DNA of 64,000 nucleotides, from sequence record MZ443783.1; one strand, given 5' to 3'. Shown piece by piece: positions 26,013 through 34,691 of this stretch (the first letter of the stretch is position 1; every line of letters starts with the position of its first letter). The notes beneath the pieces were generated by a model. It saw nothing but the letters and a program-made list of their open reading frames with translations. It did no database searches and was not told the DNA's origin. The position numbers were made by a program, and so were the translations under genes.

Positions 26013-26627
26013 ATGAACCTTATCAATACTTTTTTCGTTAAACGCTCTTACGCTTCTCTGGCCGCAGGTAACTTTGCAATCGACGCCAAGCACGTACAAG
26101 AGCTGGTTGAATGTGAGTGTATGATCGTACACGTAGACACAGGCCACCGTAATGCGTTCGCGTTGAAGAACATCTCTATTACGCCTATCGACGAGCACAA
26201 CGTTCGCATTACGTTCGACCCGCTGACCGATGCACACGCGATGCCTGTGACTGTCATGCCGAAAGATCTGAAAGGCAGCATTGAAGTCTACGGCATGTAT
26301 GTAGAAGACCTGAAAGACGTGCCACGTTTCAGCGTGTCGAATGACGCATCAGGCAACAATCCAAATCTGCTGTCGCTTGACCTCGAAAGCCGTCAGCGTT
26401 TCGTTCAATACTTCGGTGGCATGTGTACGCTGACTGACCTGTGCCTGACTCTGCATGAGAAAGGCATTCACGTTGTCGATATCCACAACAACGTTAAGCA
26501 GCACGATCACGGCGTTGGCGTTTTCACTCAGCGCTATCGCACCGCATTCGAACTCAACAAAGACAATGGCATTAAGCGCCACAACGACGACTATCCTGTT
26601 TTGGCTCGCATGACCGTTTTAATGTAA
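26013..26627 (+). CDS. hypothetical protein
   Basis: In-frame ATG 26013 within ORF 25998-26627. Confidence 0.7.
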   Translation: MNLINTFFVKRSYASLAAGNFAIDAKHVQELVECECMIVHVDTGHRNAFALKNISITPIDEHNVRITFDPLTDAHAMPVTVMPKDLKGSIEVYGMYVEDLKDVPRFSVSNDASGNNPNLLSLDLESRQRFVQYFGGMCTLTDLCLTLHEKGIHVVDIHNNVKQHDHGVGVFTQRYRTAFELNKDNGIKRHNDDYPVLARMTVLM

Positions 26628-26636
26628 ACACACCTT

Positions 26637-26659
26637 GCCTCGCATACCGCGGGGCTTTT
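26637..26659 (+). terminator. intrinsic terminator
   Basis: GCCTCGC-ATACC-GCGGGGC-TTTT. Confidence 0.65.
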
Positions 26660-26675
26660 CTATTTGGAGAATGCT

Positions 26676-26936
26676 ATGCACCACTATACGCGTGAAGAAC
26701 TGGAAGAAATGAACTGCATCGAACTGGACCAGCTTGCAAACGAGCGCGGTCTGCTGGAAGATAAAGACGATGACGACGATCTGGACAATGACCTGCTCAT
26801 CGGCATGATTCTTGACGACCAGAACGATACTCGCGTTGCTGACGAGATGGAAGAAGATCGTCAGCAACATTATCGTCGCCTCGATGAAGAACAGCAGGCG
26901 CGTGAGGGCAAAGACGGTTCAGACGACTATTGCTGA
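26676..26936 (+). CDS. very acidic small protein with a Rho-N/HeH-like module (86 aa)
   Basis: ELEEMNCIELDQLANERGL...NDLLIGMILDDQ; GGAG RBS. Confidence 0.75.
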   Translation: MHHYTREELEEMNCIELDQLANERGLLEDKDDDDDLDNDLLIGMILDDQNDTRVADEMEEDRQQHYRRLDEEQQAREGKDGSDDYC

Positions 26937-26993
26937 TTAAGTAAACCAAGAGGCTGCCAGCGCTGGTGGCCTCACTCACAAGAAGGAGCAATA

Positions 26994-27341
26994 ATGAAGC
27001 GCAAAGTAATATTGATAGACACGGCAGAGTTTCACAACCAACCCATCTCGTTTCCATCGATCATTGATTTTGACGGCATAGACACGGTGGTGTTTGTTGT
27101 GAAGTCAAATGGTGAGCACGGAGGCATTGATTATCTTGGTGCGTACTGTGCAACACAAATGACAGTTGGCTATACGAAAGTGCCTATGGCGCAGACGTTG
27201 AATATCGACGAATATGGCGTTGTGCCACTCGAAGATGATATGAAGGCCAAGCTACTTCACACCAACCAGTACGTTGACGAAGTGCCTGAGCAACATCAAA
27301 GCATCTACAGCGCGAAGACTGAAATCCTCTTCGCAGAGTAA
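26994..27341 (+). CDS. hypothetical protein (115 aa)
   Basis: AGGAG RBS. Confidence 0.75.
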   Translation: MKRKVILIDTAEFHNQPISFPSIIDFDGIDTVVFVVKSNGEHGGIDYLGAYCATQMTVGYTKVPMAQTLNIDEYGVVPLEDDMKAKLLHTNQYVDEVPEQHQSIYSAKTEILFAE

Positions 27342-27345
27342 CCAC

Positions 27346-27374
27346 AAGGGCTGCCATTATTGGTGGCCCTTTTT
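27346..27374 (+). terminator. intrinsic terminator
   Basis: AAGGGCTGCCA-TTAT-TGGTGGCCCTT-TTT. Confidence 0.8.
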
Positions 27375-27376
27375 CA

Positions 27377-27387
27377 TTTCTGTAAAT
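27377..27387 (+). promoter_or_regulatory. TTTCTGTAAAT motif
   Basis: Directly after a terminator, about 32 nt before ATG 27419. Confidence 0.5.
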
Positions 27388-27418
27388 ACCTCGTACATTC
27401 ACTGATGCGAGAAACACA

Positions 27419-27790
27419 ATGCGCCGCTTTCTGACAGTCTTCAATGTCACTCAACAGGAGTTTGACGAACTACGCTTCTATCGCCACAAGCTCAACATCG
27501 TAACCACTTTGCGCCGCACTCACGGCATACTGCTGGTGGTACGTGAGACAGGCCGTGTGTTCAATGCCTCAACCGCCCTGTATCAACAAGCCGAAGAATA
27601 CGACTTGCGCCGCGTAGACTTCACTGGTCCTGTCGAAGTGACCAAAGAGTTAGGCGAACGCTTCTCTGAACTCAAGCAGGCAATCGCAAACAACCTGCAG
27701 GATAAAAGCATCAACTACTTTGGCCGCACTCTCTCGCTCGACGAAACTCAAGAGCGATTGTACGCCACTAAACTGGAGATACTCGTATGA
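27419..27790 (+). CDS. hypothetical protein (123 aa)
   Basis: ORF in operon. Confidence 0.7.
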   Translation: MRRFLTVFNVTQQEFDELRFYRHKLNIVTTLRRTHGILLVVRETGRVFNASTALYQQAEEYDLRRVDFTGPVEVTKELGERFSELKQAIANNLQDKSINYFGRTLSLDETQERLYATKLEILV

Positions 27791-28029
27791 CAACAATCGG
27801 TGCCTCGCTTGGTGCTCGCTTCGCTGCCACATCTTCGGAGCGTTGTTCTTCCCGCAAGAAAGCCAAGCCGCGCAACAAGACGCTGACTGCCGCAACAACT
27901 GCCGACATTCATAGCGCTGTCGAACGCCTGGCAATCAAGCTGGACACAACACGCTCGAACGTAATCGAGATCGCACTCAAAGAACTGTGCGCGAAACATG
28001 GCATAGCGATAGGCGATACCGATGAGTAA
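27787..28029 (+). CDS. ribbon-helix-helix (CopG/Arc-like) DNA-binding protein
   Basis: TLTAATTADIHSAVERLAIKLDTTRSNVIEIALKELC fits the RHH pattern; GGAG RBS. Confidence 0.65.
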   Translation: MTTIGASLGARFAATSSERCSSRKKAKPRNKTLTAATTADIHSAVERLAIKLDTTRSNVIEIALKELCAKHGIAIGDTDE

Positions 28030-28369
28030 CTTTATCTACTGTAGGCTGTACGGCGTTCAACATCGCCTGAATGTAGAGGGCATCGACTTCTCACAACAGA
28101 CCGTATCGTATATGGTGTCTGCCTCTGATATGCTGCGCATGATGCCGCGCATTCAGGTAGGTGCGGCCTATGACACGTACACGCCATACAATGTGCTCAA
28201 GGCAGGACGTGCTGACTTCAAGATCAAAAAGATTGAGAAGATAAGCGCTGACGAGTGGCGCTATTCGTTTGTTGATTATGCTGATACGCCGTTCAACACA
28301 ATTCTTAAACGGAGGTCGTATGTCGATAGGACTAGTGAAAGTAGTAGGCTTAAAAGACAAAGCACCTAA
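28022..28369 (+). CDS. hypothetical protein (115 aa)
   Basis: Overlap coupling. Confidence 0.7.
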   Translation: MSNFIYCRLYGVQHRLNVEGIDFSQQTVSYMVSASDMLRMMPRIQVGAAYDTYTPYNVLKAGRADFKIKKIEKISADEWRYSFVDYADTPFNTILKRRSYVDRTSESSRLKRQST

Positions 28370-28952
28370 GGGATTTGATTTAGATATCTGTCCTGTATCA
28401 CGCGACGACGATTGGTGGTCGCTGAGTCCATTCTATCTCGGGCCTTGTCGTACACCGAGCGGCATTATGTTCCACAACATGGAGAACATGTGGCAGTATA
28501 GCAAGGTGTACGAAGAACACCTAGTCAACTCGAATGATTTGTTTCATGGTGAAGTATCTGCCGAGTGGTGGGAATGGCATTTGAAAGGCAGTACAACCGA
28601 ACAGGCGCATCGCTATCCAGCGGGGAAGGGTCGAAAGGCCCTGTTCTCGAAATGGGGCGACTTGCGCCTTTCGTACATTCCCGCACGAAAACAAATCTAC
28701 GTGCCCGAATATGCGAAGCTGGTAATCCACAAGCCGAAGTTTAAACGCCTGCTTAAGGATTATAAGAAAGGTGCCAAGATAGTCCTCAGAGATTATGACA
28801 CCTACGATATTCAAAAGGCCTATCCAGATTCTCGTAGTCCGTGGCTGTCGGCCATTCAAAACGAGAACGCAAAATTCGGCCATGCGTTTGTCATTGCATT
28901 GGCCTTGATGTTCCACGAACGACCACTATGGTACAATCAATGGGTAATCTGA
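28320..28952 (+). CDS. conserved hypothetical protein, DUF6939-like (possibly NADAR-related)
   Basis: LSPFYLGP...ENMWQYSKVY...ARKQIYVPEY motifs; GGAGG RBS before ATG 28320. Confidence 0.6.
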   Translation: MSIGLVKVVGLKDKAPKGFDLDICPVSRDDDWWSLSPFYLGPCRTPSGIMFHNMENMWQYSKVYEEHLVNSNDLFHGEVSAEWWEWHLKGSTTEQAHRYPAGKGRKALFSKWGDLRLSYIPARKQIYVPEYAKLVIHKPKFKRLLKDYKKGAKIVLRDYDTYDIQKAYPDSRSPWLSAIQNENAKFGHAFVIALALMFHERPLWYNQWVI

Positions 28953-28996
28953 CCAGATACGTAGCCTGCATTGAGTTGTCTACGCGCGAAGGAAAT

Positions 28997-29260
28997 ATGA
29001 ATCTGCCGATTCTACCTCGCTGTGAACTACAAGCATTTGTTCTTGACGGACACACGCAAACTAAAGTGCCTATCAAACTTAATGCCACAAACGTCATCAA
29101 TGTGATGGGCAAAACGTGTGGTAGTCTGCAATGGTTTGATTGTGTGAATCTGCTCATATGGTCATCGTTTGAGCCAGGCAGGTTCACGCTGTATATTGAA
29201 CGTGCTTGCAAAACAGACGAGACTACAGACGACCAGCAATCTGCTGAACTCTGCAAATAA
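28997..29260 (+). CDS. hypothetical protein (87 aa)
   Basis: AAGGA RBS before ATG 28997. Confidence 0.6.
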   Translation: MNLPILPRCELQAFVLDGHTQTKVPIKLNATNVINVMGKTCGSLQWFDCVNLLIWSSFEPGRFTLYIERACKTDETTDDQQSAELCK

Positions 29261-29305
29261 TAGGCTGAAATAGCCATTCAGTCAGATACGCTCCTATGAT
29301 ATACT
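29253..29305 (+). promoter_or_regulatory. early promoter cassette 3
   Basis: GCAAATAATAGGCTGAAATAG, 26 nt, TG-A-TATACT. Confidence 0.85.
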
Positions 29306-29350
29306 ATACGTGAGCGCAGTGCTCATAAAACTAACGCTGAGGAGCGTATC

Positions 29351-29800
29351 ATGACTACTTTATCTATCGTTGATTTGAAGACCCCTGCGGAATTTACTAC
29401 CCACCTGACTTTCGGTCACATGGAAGAACTGCGAGCCAGCCTTGAGCGCGCCTTAAATCGTTCTGATCTCGAGGTGTATGTTGAATGCGATTCGAACTAC
29501 ACACTCGAAGAAGCAAACACCGACGGTCCTGACCAGCTGGTGGGCGATCATGAATGTATTAACGTTCACGTTCGTTATGCGGGAATGTCGTTCGATGAAG
29601 CGACGGCGAAAGGCGTGTGGGATATTTTACTGCAAACCCCGCACGAAGATAATAGCATGTCCGAGTGGTCTAACTCATACATCATGTATGTGGCAGATGA
29701 AAACCTCGACGCGCTGGAAGAAGTGACGATAGAAAACGGGAATCCTCGTATGATGGAAACTCTCGTTGATCGTATTAACTACTGGCTGCCAAAACTCTAA
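29351..29800 (+). CDS. hypothetical acidic protein (149 aa)
   Basis: GAGGAG RBS in a hairpin. Confidence 0.8.
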   Translation: MTTLSIVDLKTPAEFTTHLTFGHMEELRASLERALNRSDLEVYVECDSNYTLEEANTDGPDQLVGDHECINVHVRYAGMSFDEATAKGVWDILLQTPHEDNSMSEWSNSYIMYVADENLDALEEVTIENGNPRMMETLVDRINYWLPKL

Positions 29801-29802
29801 GC

Positions 29803-29841
29803 GATTTGTGAAGGGCATTTGCGAGTGCCCTTTGAAAATCA
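29803..29841 (+). repeat. intergenic long-hairpin repeat, copy 1
   Basis: GATTTGTGAAGGGCATT..GAGTGCCCTTTGAAAATCA, repeated at 30185-30225. Confidence 0.9.
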
Positions 29842-29866
29842 AACACCATAAGCTGAGGAGCTTAAC

Positions 29867-30184
29867 ATGTCATCTTCTACTACTCTGACTTTCATCTTCC
29901 CAGAAATGACCACTCTGGAAGTATCTATCGGTAATGGCATTGTGCCTGCGTATCTGGGTCTCGCAGAAAATAGAGACATAACATTCAGCGACGTTAAGGC
30001 GCTGCGTCTGATGGGTGACTCAAACATCGTGGGTGCCATGTCACGCTTCGACCAGTCGATGTTGAATCTGCTGATCGACCGTCACATGTCACATGAGAAT
30101 GTTCGCTGCCGTGACGCCATCGACGCGGGCACCGAGCACTTCCCGTCTACTTGTCTTTATCTGAAAGTAGCGCACCACCGCTAA
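29867..30184 (+). CDS. hypothetical protein (105 aa)
   Basis: GAGGAG RBS. Confidence 0.8.
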   Translation: MSSSTTLTFIFPEMTTLEVSIGNGIVPAYLGLAENRDITFSDVKALRLMGDSNIVGAMSRFDQSMLNLLIDRHMSHENVRCRDAIDAGTEHFPSTCLYLKVAHHR

Positions 30185-30225
30185 GATTTGTGAAGGGCAT
30201 TCCAACGAGTGCCCTTTGAAAATCA
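30185..30225 (+). repeat. intergenic long-hairpin repeat, copy 2
   Basis: Identical arms, different loop. Confidence 0.9.
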
Positions 30226-30249
30226 CAACCTGTTCTGAGGAGAACAACA

Positions 30250-30603
30250 ATGCCAGCAACTGAACTGCCTATCGACGCTCGCGCTTTTGACGACCTGAGC
30301 AATAACAACTTCCTGCAAGTGTGCAACGCGATCTCTTTCTGCGTGTCTCGCGGTGACCTTGAGTTTCGTCATCATATCAAAGGTCGCCACATCGACGTTG
30401 CGTATCGCGCTGGTGGTAACAACGTTTTTGGTATCAGCCGCTGCCGCATCCTGATGCCGTCCGAAGTTCTGCGTGAAGATATCGTAGAAGACTTCGAGAT
30501 CATTCACGGCGATGCAGTCATTCAGATTGAACGCCAGAAAGATTCGTTCTCGACGTTGCAACGTATCGCAGGTGCAGTCGAAGCGTGTATGCCTAAGAAG
30601 TGA
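30250..30603 (+). CDS. hypothetical protein (117 aa)
   Basis: GAGGAG RBS. Confidence 0.8.
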   Translation: MPATELPIDARAFDDLSNNNFLQVCNAISFCVSRGDLEFRHHIKGRHIDVAYRAGGNNVFGISRCRILMPSEVLREDIVEDFEIIHGDAVIQIERQKDSFSTLQRIAGAVEACMPKK

Positions 30604-30668
30604 TTGTTGCTCGCAGGTTCTTACGAGAGCCTGCTGTCAACATAACCCTATAAGCTGAGGAGCTTAAC

Positions 30669-31076
30669 ATGAAACAATATCCACAACGCGGCCGTGTGTA
30701 CACGCTGAAAGAAATCGAAAACGAACTGGAACTGCGTGACAGCCCGTTTCTGCGCTTCTGCCCGCAGAAAGTTCGTATGGTCGGTGAGAAAGAAGCAGGC
30801 ATTCAGGTAATTCAGCAATCGCATATCGCCAACCTGTCTGACGTTGAAGGTTGGGCAGACACCGAGTGGTCGTATGTGCGCGAGACCGAAGAGTGGATTC
30901 CGCTTTTCCGTGCCGTTAACGACGCTGAGGTTGAAGCGCTCTGCGTTATCGAGCCTGACACGTCTGAGTTTCGTTCGGGTGATGGCATGTTCATCTACCC
31001 GAAAGGCGCTGTATGCAAGCAGTACACGCCTTATGACAAAAAGATTCACGGCGATCTGCTGGTGGCAGTAGAATAA
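30669..31076 (+). CDS. hypothetical protein (135 aa)
   Basis: 22-nt leader ATAAGCTGAGGAGCTTAACATG identical to that of 29867. Confidence 0.8.
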   Translation: MKQYPQRGRVYTLKEIENELELRDSPFLRFCPQKVRMVGEKEAGIQVIQQSHIANLSDVEGWADTEWSYVRETEEWIPLFRAVNDAEVEALCVIEPDTSEFRSGDGMFIYPKGAVCKQYTPYDKKIHGDLLVAVE

Positions 31077-31083
31077 CAAAACA

Positions 31084-31113
31084 GGGATGCTCATGAAGGT
31101 GGGCGTCCCATTT
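31084..31113 (+). terminator. probable terminator
   Basis: GGGATGCTCAT-GAAG-GTGGGCGTCCC-ATTT. Confidence 0.7.
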
Positions 31114-31132
31114 CTCATTTAAGGACAAATCT

Positions 31133-31642
31133 ATGATTCCCGAAGTCACCCACATCTTCAACGTAATGATGACCAGCCTGAAAGACGTTCGCAGTGTTGA
31201 GCGCCTGCACCTCATTAACAAGAGTGCCGTGCGCTTTCATCTCAAAGGCAAACATTTTGACGTGCGTGGTCAGTACCCGCTGTTCTCTGTCCACGAAATC
31301 GAAGGCTCCACTATGGCTTACTCACGGGCAGCCAAAGAGATTGAATCCCAACTCAATGGTGAACCTATCGAAGAAGTCGAAGACAACACGCATGACGCAG
31401 CACTGGACGATGTGCTGATCGCTCATGTTGACAACATGGCCGAAGATCGTGTTCGCGCATACAATGAAGAATGTGGCGGCCCTGACTTAGACCCAATCAA
31501 TATGCAGCGCACTTGGCTAAAGACCCACTTCCTGCATATCGGCCACAACACACCTGACCTGCTAGAGACTGTGCTCTACATGGAAGGAAAAGAAAGGAGA
31601 GAAGAACTGGCGAAAGCCATTAAGGGGGTATTATGTTTTTAG
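31133..31642 (+). CDS. hypothetical protein (169 aa)
   Basis: AAGGA RBS. Confidence 0.75.
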   Translation: MIPEVTHIFNVMMTSLKDVRSVERLHLINKSAVRFHLKGKHFDVRGQYPLFSVHEIEGSTMAYSRAAKEIESQLNGEPIEEVEDNTHDAALDDVLIAHVDNMAEDRVRAYNEECGGPDLDPINMQRTWLKTHFLHIGHNTPDLLETVLYMEGKERREELAKAIKGVLCF

Positions 31643-31914
31643 CGTGGTTTAAATATCGGCGCGCCAAGAAACGTAACGAGTTCATGGCAGAAGTCGTGTC
31701 TGCAATAGCAAAACTGAATCAGCGTGATCGCGACCTGTTGTGTCGTGCAATCAGTCTACCAGCAACTGCTGACGGTCTGTTTGCGTTAACTAACATGCCG
31801 CGTAAAGAGCTGGCTGTACAATGCAATCAGTATTACGCCCATGTGTCGGGCAATAAATGGAACGTGTACGATGCGTTCTGCAAAGTCATTCATACCGCAA
31901 GAAAAGGAAAGTAA
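31633..31914 (+). CDS. hypothetical protein (93 aa)
   Basis: Overlap coupling. Confidence 0.7.
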   Translation: MFLAWFKYRRAKKRNEFMAEVVSAIAKLNQRDRDLLCRAISLPATADGLFALTNMPRKELAVQCNQYYAHVSGNKWNVYDAFCKVIHTARKGK

Positions 31915-31916
31915 CC

Positions 31917-32357
31917 ATGAACGAAATAGATATTCTGATCCGTGAGTTCTCTCGGGCGTATCTGAAAGCAGAAGCATCACCTTTCGGTAACGTCGCATAT
32001 CACGTACAAGACCAAACAGACGGCCTGAAAAACATTGCACTCTATCTGCGTTTTCGTTCTGGTCCGCAAGCTCTTTGGCAGCGACCGTGTTTGGTGCTCG
32101 CCACAATTGATGTTCGTGACTCGGGTAAAGGTACATTCAGTGAGTTGCTTCGTCGCACAAAAGACCTGTGCCGCGAACGTGACTGGATTCTTCAAATTGA
32201 AAACGTCCTGACACCGCAGTTCAGGAAGTTCTTGCAGCGTGGTGGCTTCAAGCCGTTCGGTGTAGACAAAGACGTACCGTTCGGCAGTCTCTATTGGTTC
32301 TACGACGAGACAATCCCGCAGCAATGTGCGATGTACCCAGAGAGGGCACACCCATGA
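31917..32357 (+). CDS. GNAT-fold acetyltransferase-like protein
   Basis: LATIDV..SGKGTFSELL...IENVLTPQFRKFLQRGGF resembles GNAT motifs A/B. Confidence 0.55.
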   Translation: MNEIDILIREFSRAYLKAEASPFGNVAYHVQDQTDGLKNIALYLRFRSGPQALWQRPCLVLATIDVRDSGKGTFSELLRRTKDLCRERDWILQIENVLTPQFRKFLQRGGFKPFGVDKDVPFGSLYWFYDETIPQQCAMYPERAHP

Positions 32358-32794
32358 TTAACTGGCCTGTAGTTCTCTGTGGATTCTTTCCACTGATCGC
32401 TTGCTATATAACAATTCCGTGGTTCCGTGCTGCTGTTAACCGTAGACTGACGTTCAAGCCGTTCGACTATGATGCGCTTGACGAGATACTGACTGACGGC
32501 ATGCCTGAGAAGTTGACGATCTCCTGTCTACAGGCTACGTACCGCGTCAACTCACCTGCGCATTCGCATATTGATATTTACGCACACAAGGACAATGTTG
32601 CTGTTGTTCGAATGTTGGTGGACCCTAACTTCCCGATAGCACGTTGTTTCCATGACGTGTTGAACGCGAACATAAACGCATTCGCTGTGAAGTCACATAG
32701 ACCACCGACACTCATAATCAATCAGTGTCTCTATCCTGTCGTTGAATATGAGTACGACGACACGTACCTGTTGATTTACCTTAAACATAAATAA
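32354..32794 (+). CDS. hypothetical protein with an N-terminal TM segment
   Basis: MINWPVVLCGFFPLIACYITIPW; ATGA-type coupling. Confidence 0.7.
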   Translation: MINWPVVLCGFFPLIACYITIPWFRAAVNRRLTFKPFDYDALDEILTDGMPEKLTISCLQATYRVNSPAHSHIDIYAHKDNVAVVRMLVDPNFPIARCFHDVLNANINAFAVKSHRPPTLIINQCLYPVVEYEYDDTYLLIYLKHK

Positions 32795-32803
32795 GGGACT
32801 ATC

Positions 32804-33103
32804 ATGGTCACCCAACAACAACTATCGGAGTTTGCGCGGCTGCCTACACTGCACCGTAAAGTGATACTTCGCAGTATGCAGGTTGAGATGTTGGGTGCCT
32901 TGCCTGAGCTTACTGACATTGTGCGTGAAATGCTTTATCGTGCAATTGTCGTTGATGTAGCTCAAGCTGAATTGGCACTCCTTGCTGCTCGCCAAATGTG
33001 TGAGAATAAGGACGTTCGTAAAAGCATTGATGACCTACTTCAATTCGCTGCGCGTCTGCATGACGTTGCAACTGATAACTTTCTTTCTGGAGATTTACTA
33101 TGA
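32804..33103 (+). CDS. hypothetical protein (99 aa)
   Basis: AAGGG RBS. Confidence 0.7.
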   Translation: MVTQQQLSEFARLPTLHRKVILRSMQVEMLGALPELTDIVREMLYRAIVVDVAQAELALLAARQMCENKDVRKSIDDLLQFAARLHDVATDNFLSGDLL

Positions 33104-34164
33104 ATAAGACCGTTGGCCTGATGATTGATGAAGACGTAATGAACTGGCTGGACATGCTGCTTGCGGGTGAACTGAGCAATGTCTTAGGTGCGTTGAACAA
33201 TATCGTGTACGCCCGCCGGCAGGAACTGTCTGTCGAACGTCTGACCGAAGACGAAGATATTGGTGCGCTCTCTCATAAAGAGCTGGAGATCATTCTGCGT
33301 TACGCTGCTCCTAATCATGAGTACGATACGACGGTGCTGTCGAATGAACAACTGCTTCGTCTGGCGATGGATGCACAGGGCATCATCTCCTACACATTGC
33401 CGAGTCATAGTTCGCCTATCATGGTTAAACGTGCTTTCGCTAACGGCAACGTGTGCTCACTGCTTGGCAGTTTTTCGAATCGTGCTGATATCGTCATGGC
33501 TGTACATCACTGGGAATGTGGTCTGTCCAACATCTCGCTCGACGGTGTGACTGGTAACGACGAACGCCCAGACGAACAAGGCATGTACCTGTGCTACGAT
33601 GAGCACAAGCAAGTTCGTTATGGCCGACTGTTCAAGAATGCCAACGACGGCTGGACATTCAGCGAGTATTATTCTGCTGGTGGATCTACTACGTGGCTTG
33701 AAGCGAGTCCAAACAATGCGCTTGATGGTGACGACCTGCCGATCAGCCTGCTGACTAACTGGGTATTCGTTGTTCCAGATCGTTCGCCGTCTATTCTCAA
33801 ACCTGCTGAGGGATTCAAGCGTCTGTCCGACACACAACGCATCTTCCTGTATCTGCGTAGCCTGAGTCCTCACGTTAAAGCTGAGATCGTCGCACACTTC
33901 GACGGCGTTCTGGACAATCGATCATTCACCTCTGTCGATCAGATTGGTCGCCTGACTGAAAAAGACTGGCGCGATGCTGCGATTGCTATCGGTGAAGAAG
34001 AAAGTGGCCAAGAAGGTCCTCACTACTGGGATGATCGTAGTGCGTGGGCTTGCTTCGTCGCTGTGCTCAACTCTCTGTGCTTCGACATGGACACACGCGA
34101 CTTCCAACCGCAGTATGAGTACCAGGCCAACGACGACACTATGGAAGAAGACAACAATGGCTAA
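33100..34164 (+). CDS. hypothetical protein (354 aa)
   Basis: GGAG RBS; long ORF. Confidence 0.8.
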   Translation: MNKTVGLMIDEDVMNWLDMLLAGELSNVLGALNNIVYARRQELSVERLTEDEDIGALSHKELEIILRYAAPNHEYDTTVLSNEQLLRLAMDAQGIISYTLPSHSSPIMVKRAFANGNVCSLLGSFSNRADIVMAVHHWECGLSNISLDGVTGNDERPDEQGMYLCYDEHKQVRYGRLFKNANDGWTFSEYYSAGGSTTWLEASPNNALDGDDLPISLLTNWVFVVPDRSPSILKPAEGFKRLSDTQRIFLYLRSLSPHVKAEIVAHFDGVLDNRSFTSVDQIGRLTEKDWRDAAIAIGEEESGQEGPHYWDDRSAWACFVAVLNSLCFDMDTRDFQPQYEYQANDDTMEEDNNG

Positions 34165-34690
34165 ATCACTCGGCGTATACATGACTTACATTCTGCGTCA
34201 CAAGCCGCAGGATATCGGAATCGCAATGGACACCCAGGGTTGGGTGTCTGTTCTGGACTTCTTGCAGAAAGCAAAGTATGTCAAACAGGTCACTCTCGAA
34301 ATGCTGATTGCAGAAGTTGAGGCGGACGAGAAAGGCCGTTTCGAGTTCAACTCTAACCGCTCCAAGATTCGTTGTGTGCAAGGCCATTCGGTTGAGAACG
34401 TTATTCTGCATCTTGAACCGTTCACTGACCTTGCGCCTTTGTATCACGGTACGGCAGATAAGAACGTGGCATCAATCATGCACGAAGGTATCACGAAGCG
34501 GAAACGCAAACACGTCCACATCAGCCGTGAAATCGAAACAGCCGAGAACGTTGGTCGTCGTCACGGTGCACCTGTTGTGTTTCAGATTGATACACAGGCA
34601 ATGATCACTCACGGCTATAAGTTTTACCGAGCCGAGAATGGAGTCATCCTGACCGATCACGTACCGTCCAGATATATCAAGTTGGTGTGA
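34157..34690 (+). CDS. kptA: RNA 2'-phosphotransferase (Tpt1/KptA family)
   Basis: YILRH, DTQGWV, RFE, IRCVQGHS, LYHGT, RKHVHIS, GRRHG, NGVILTDHVP. Confidence 0.93.
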   Translation: MAKSLGVYMTYILRHKPQDIGIAMDTQGWVSVLDFLQKAKYVKQVTLEMLIAEVEADEKGRFEFNSNRSKIRCVQGHSVENVILHLEPFTDLAPLYHGTADKNVASIMHEGITKRKRKHVHISREIETAENVGRRHGAPVVFQIDTQAMITHGYKFYRAENGVILTDHVPSRYIKLV

Positions 34691-34691
34691 T

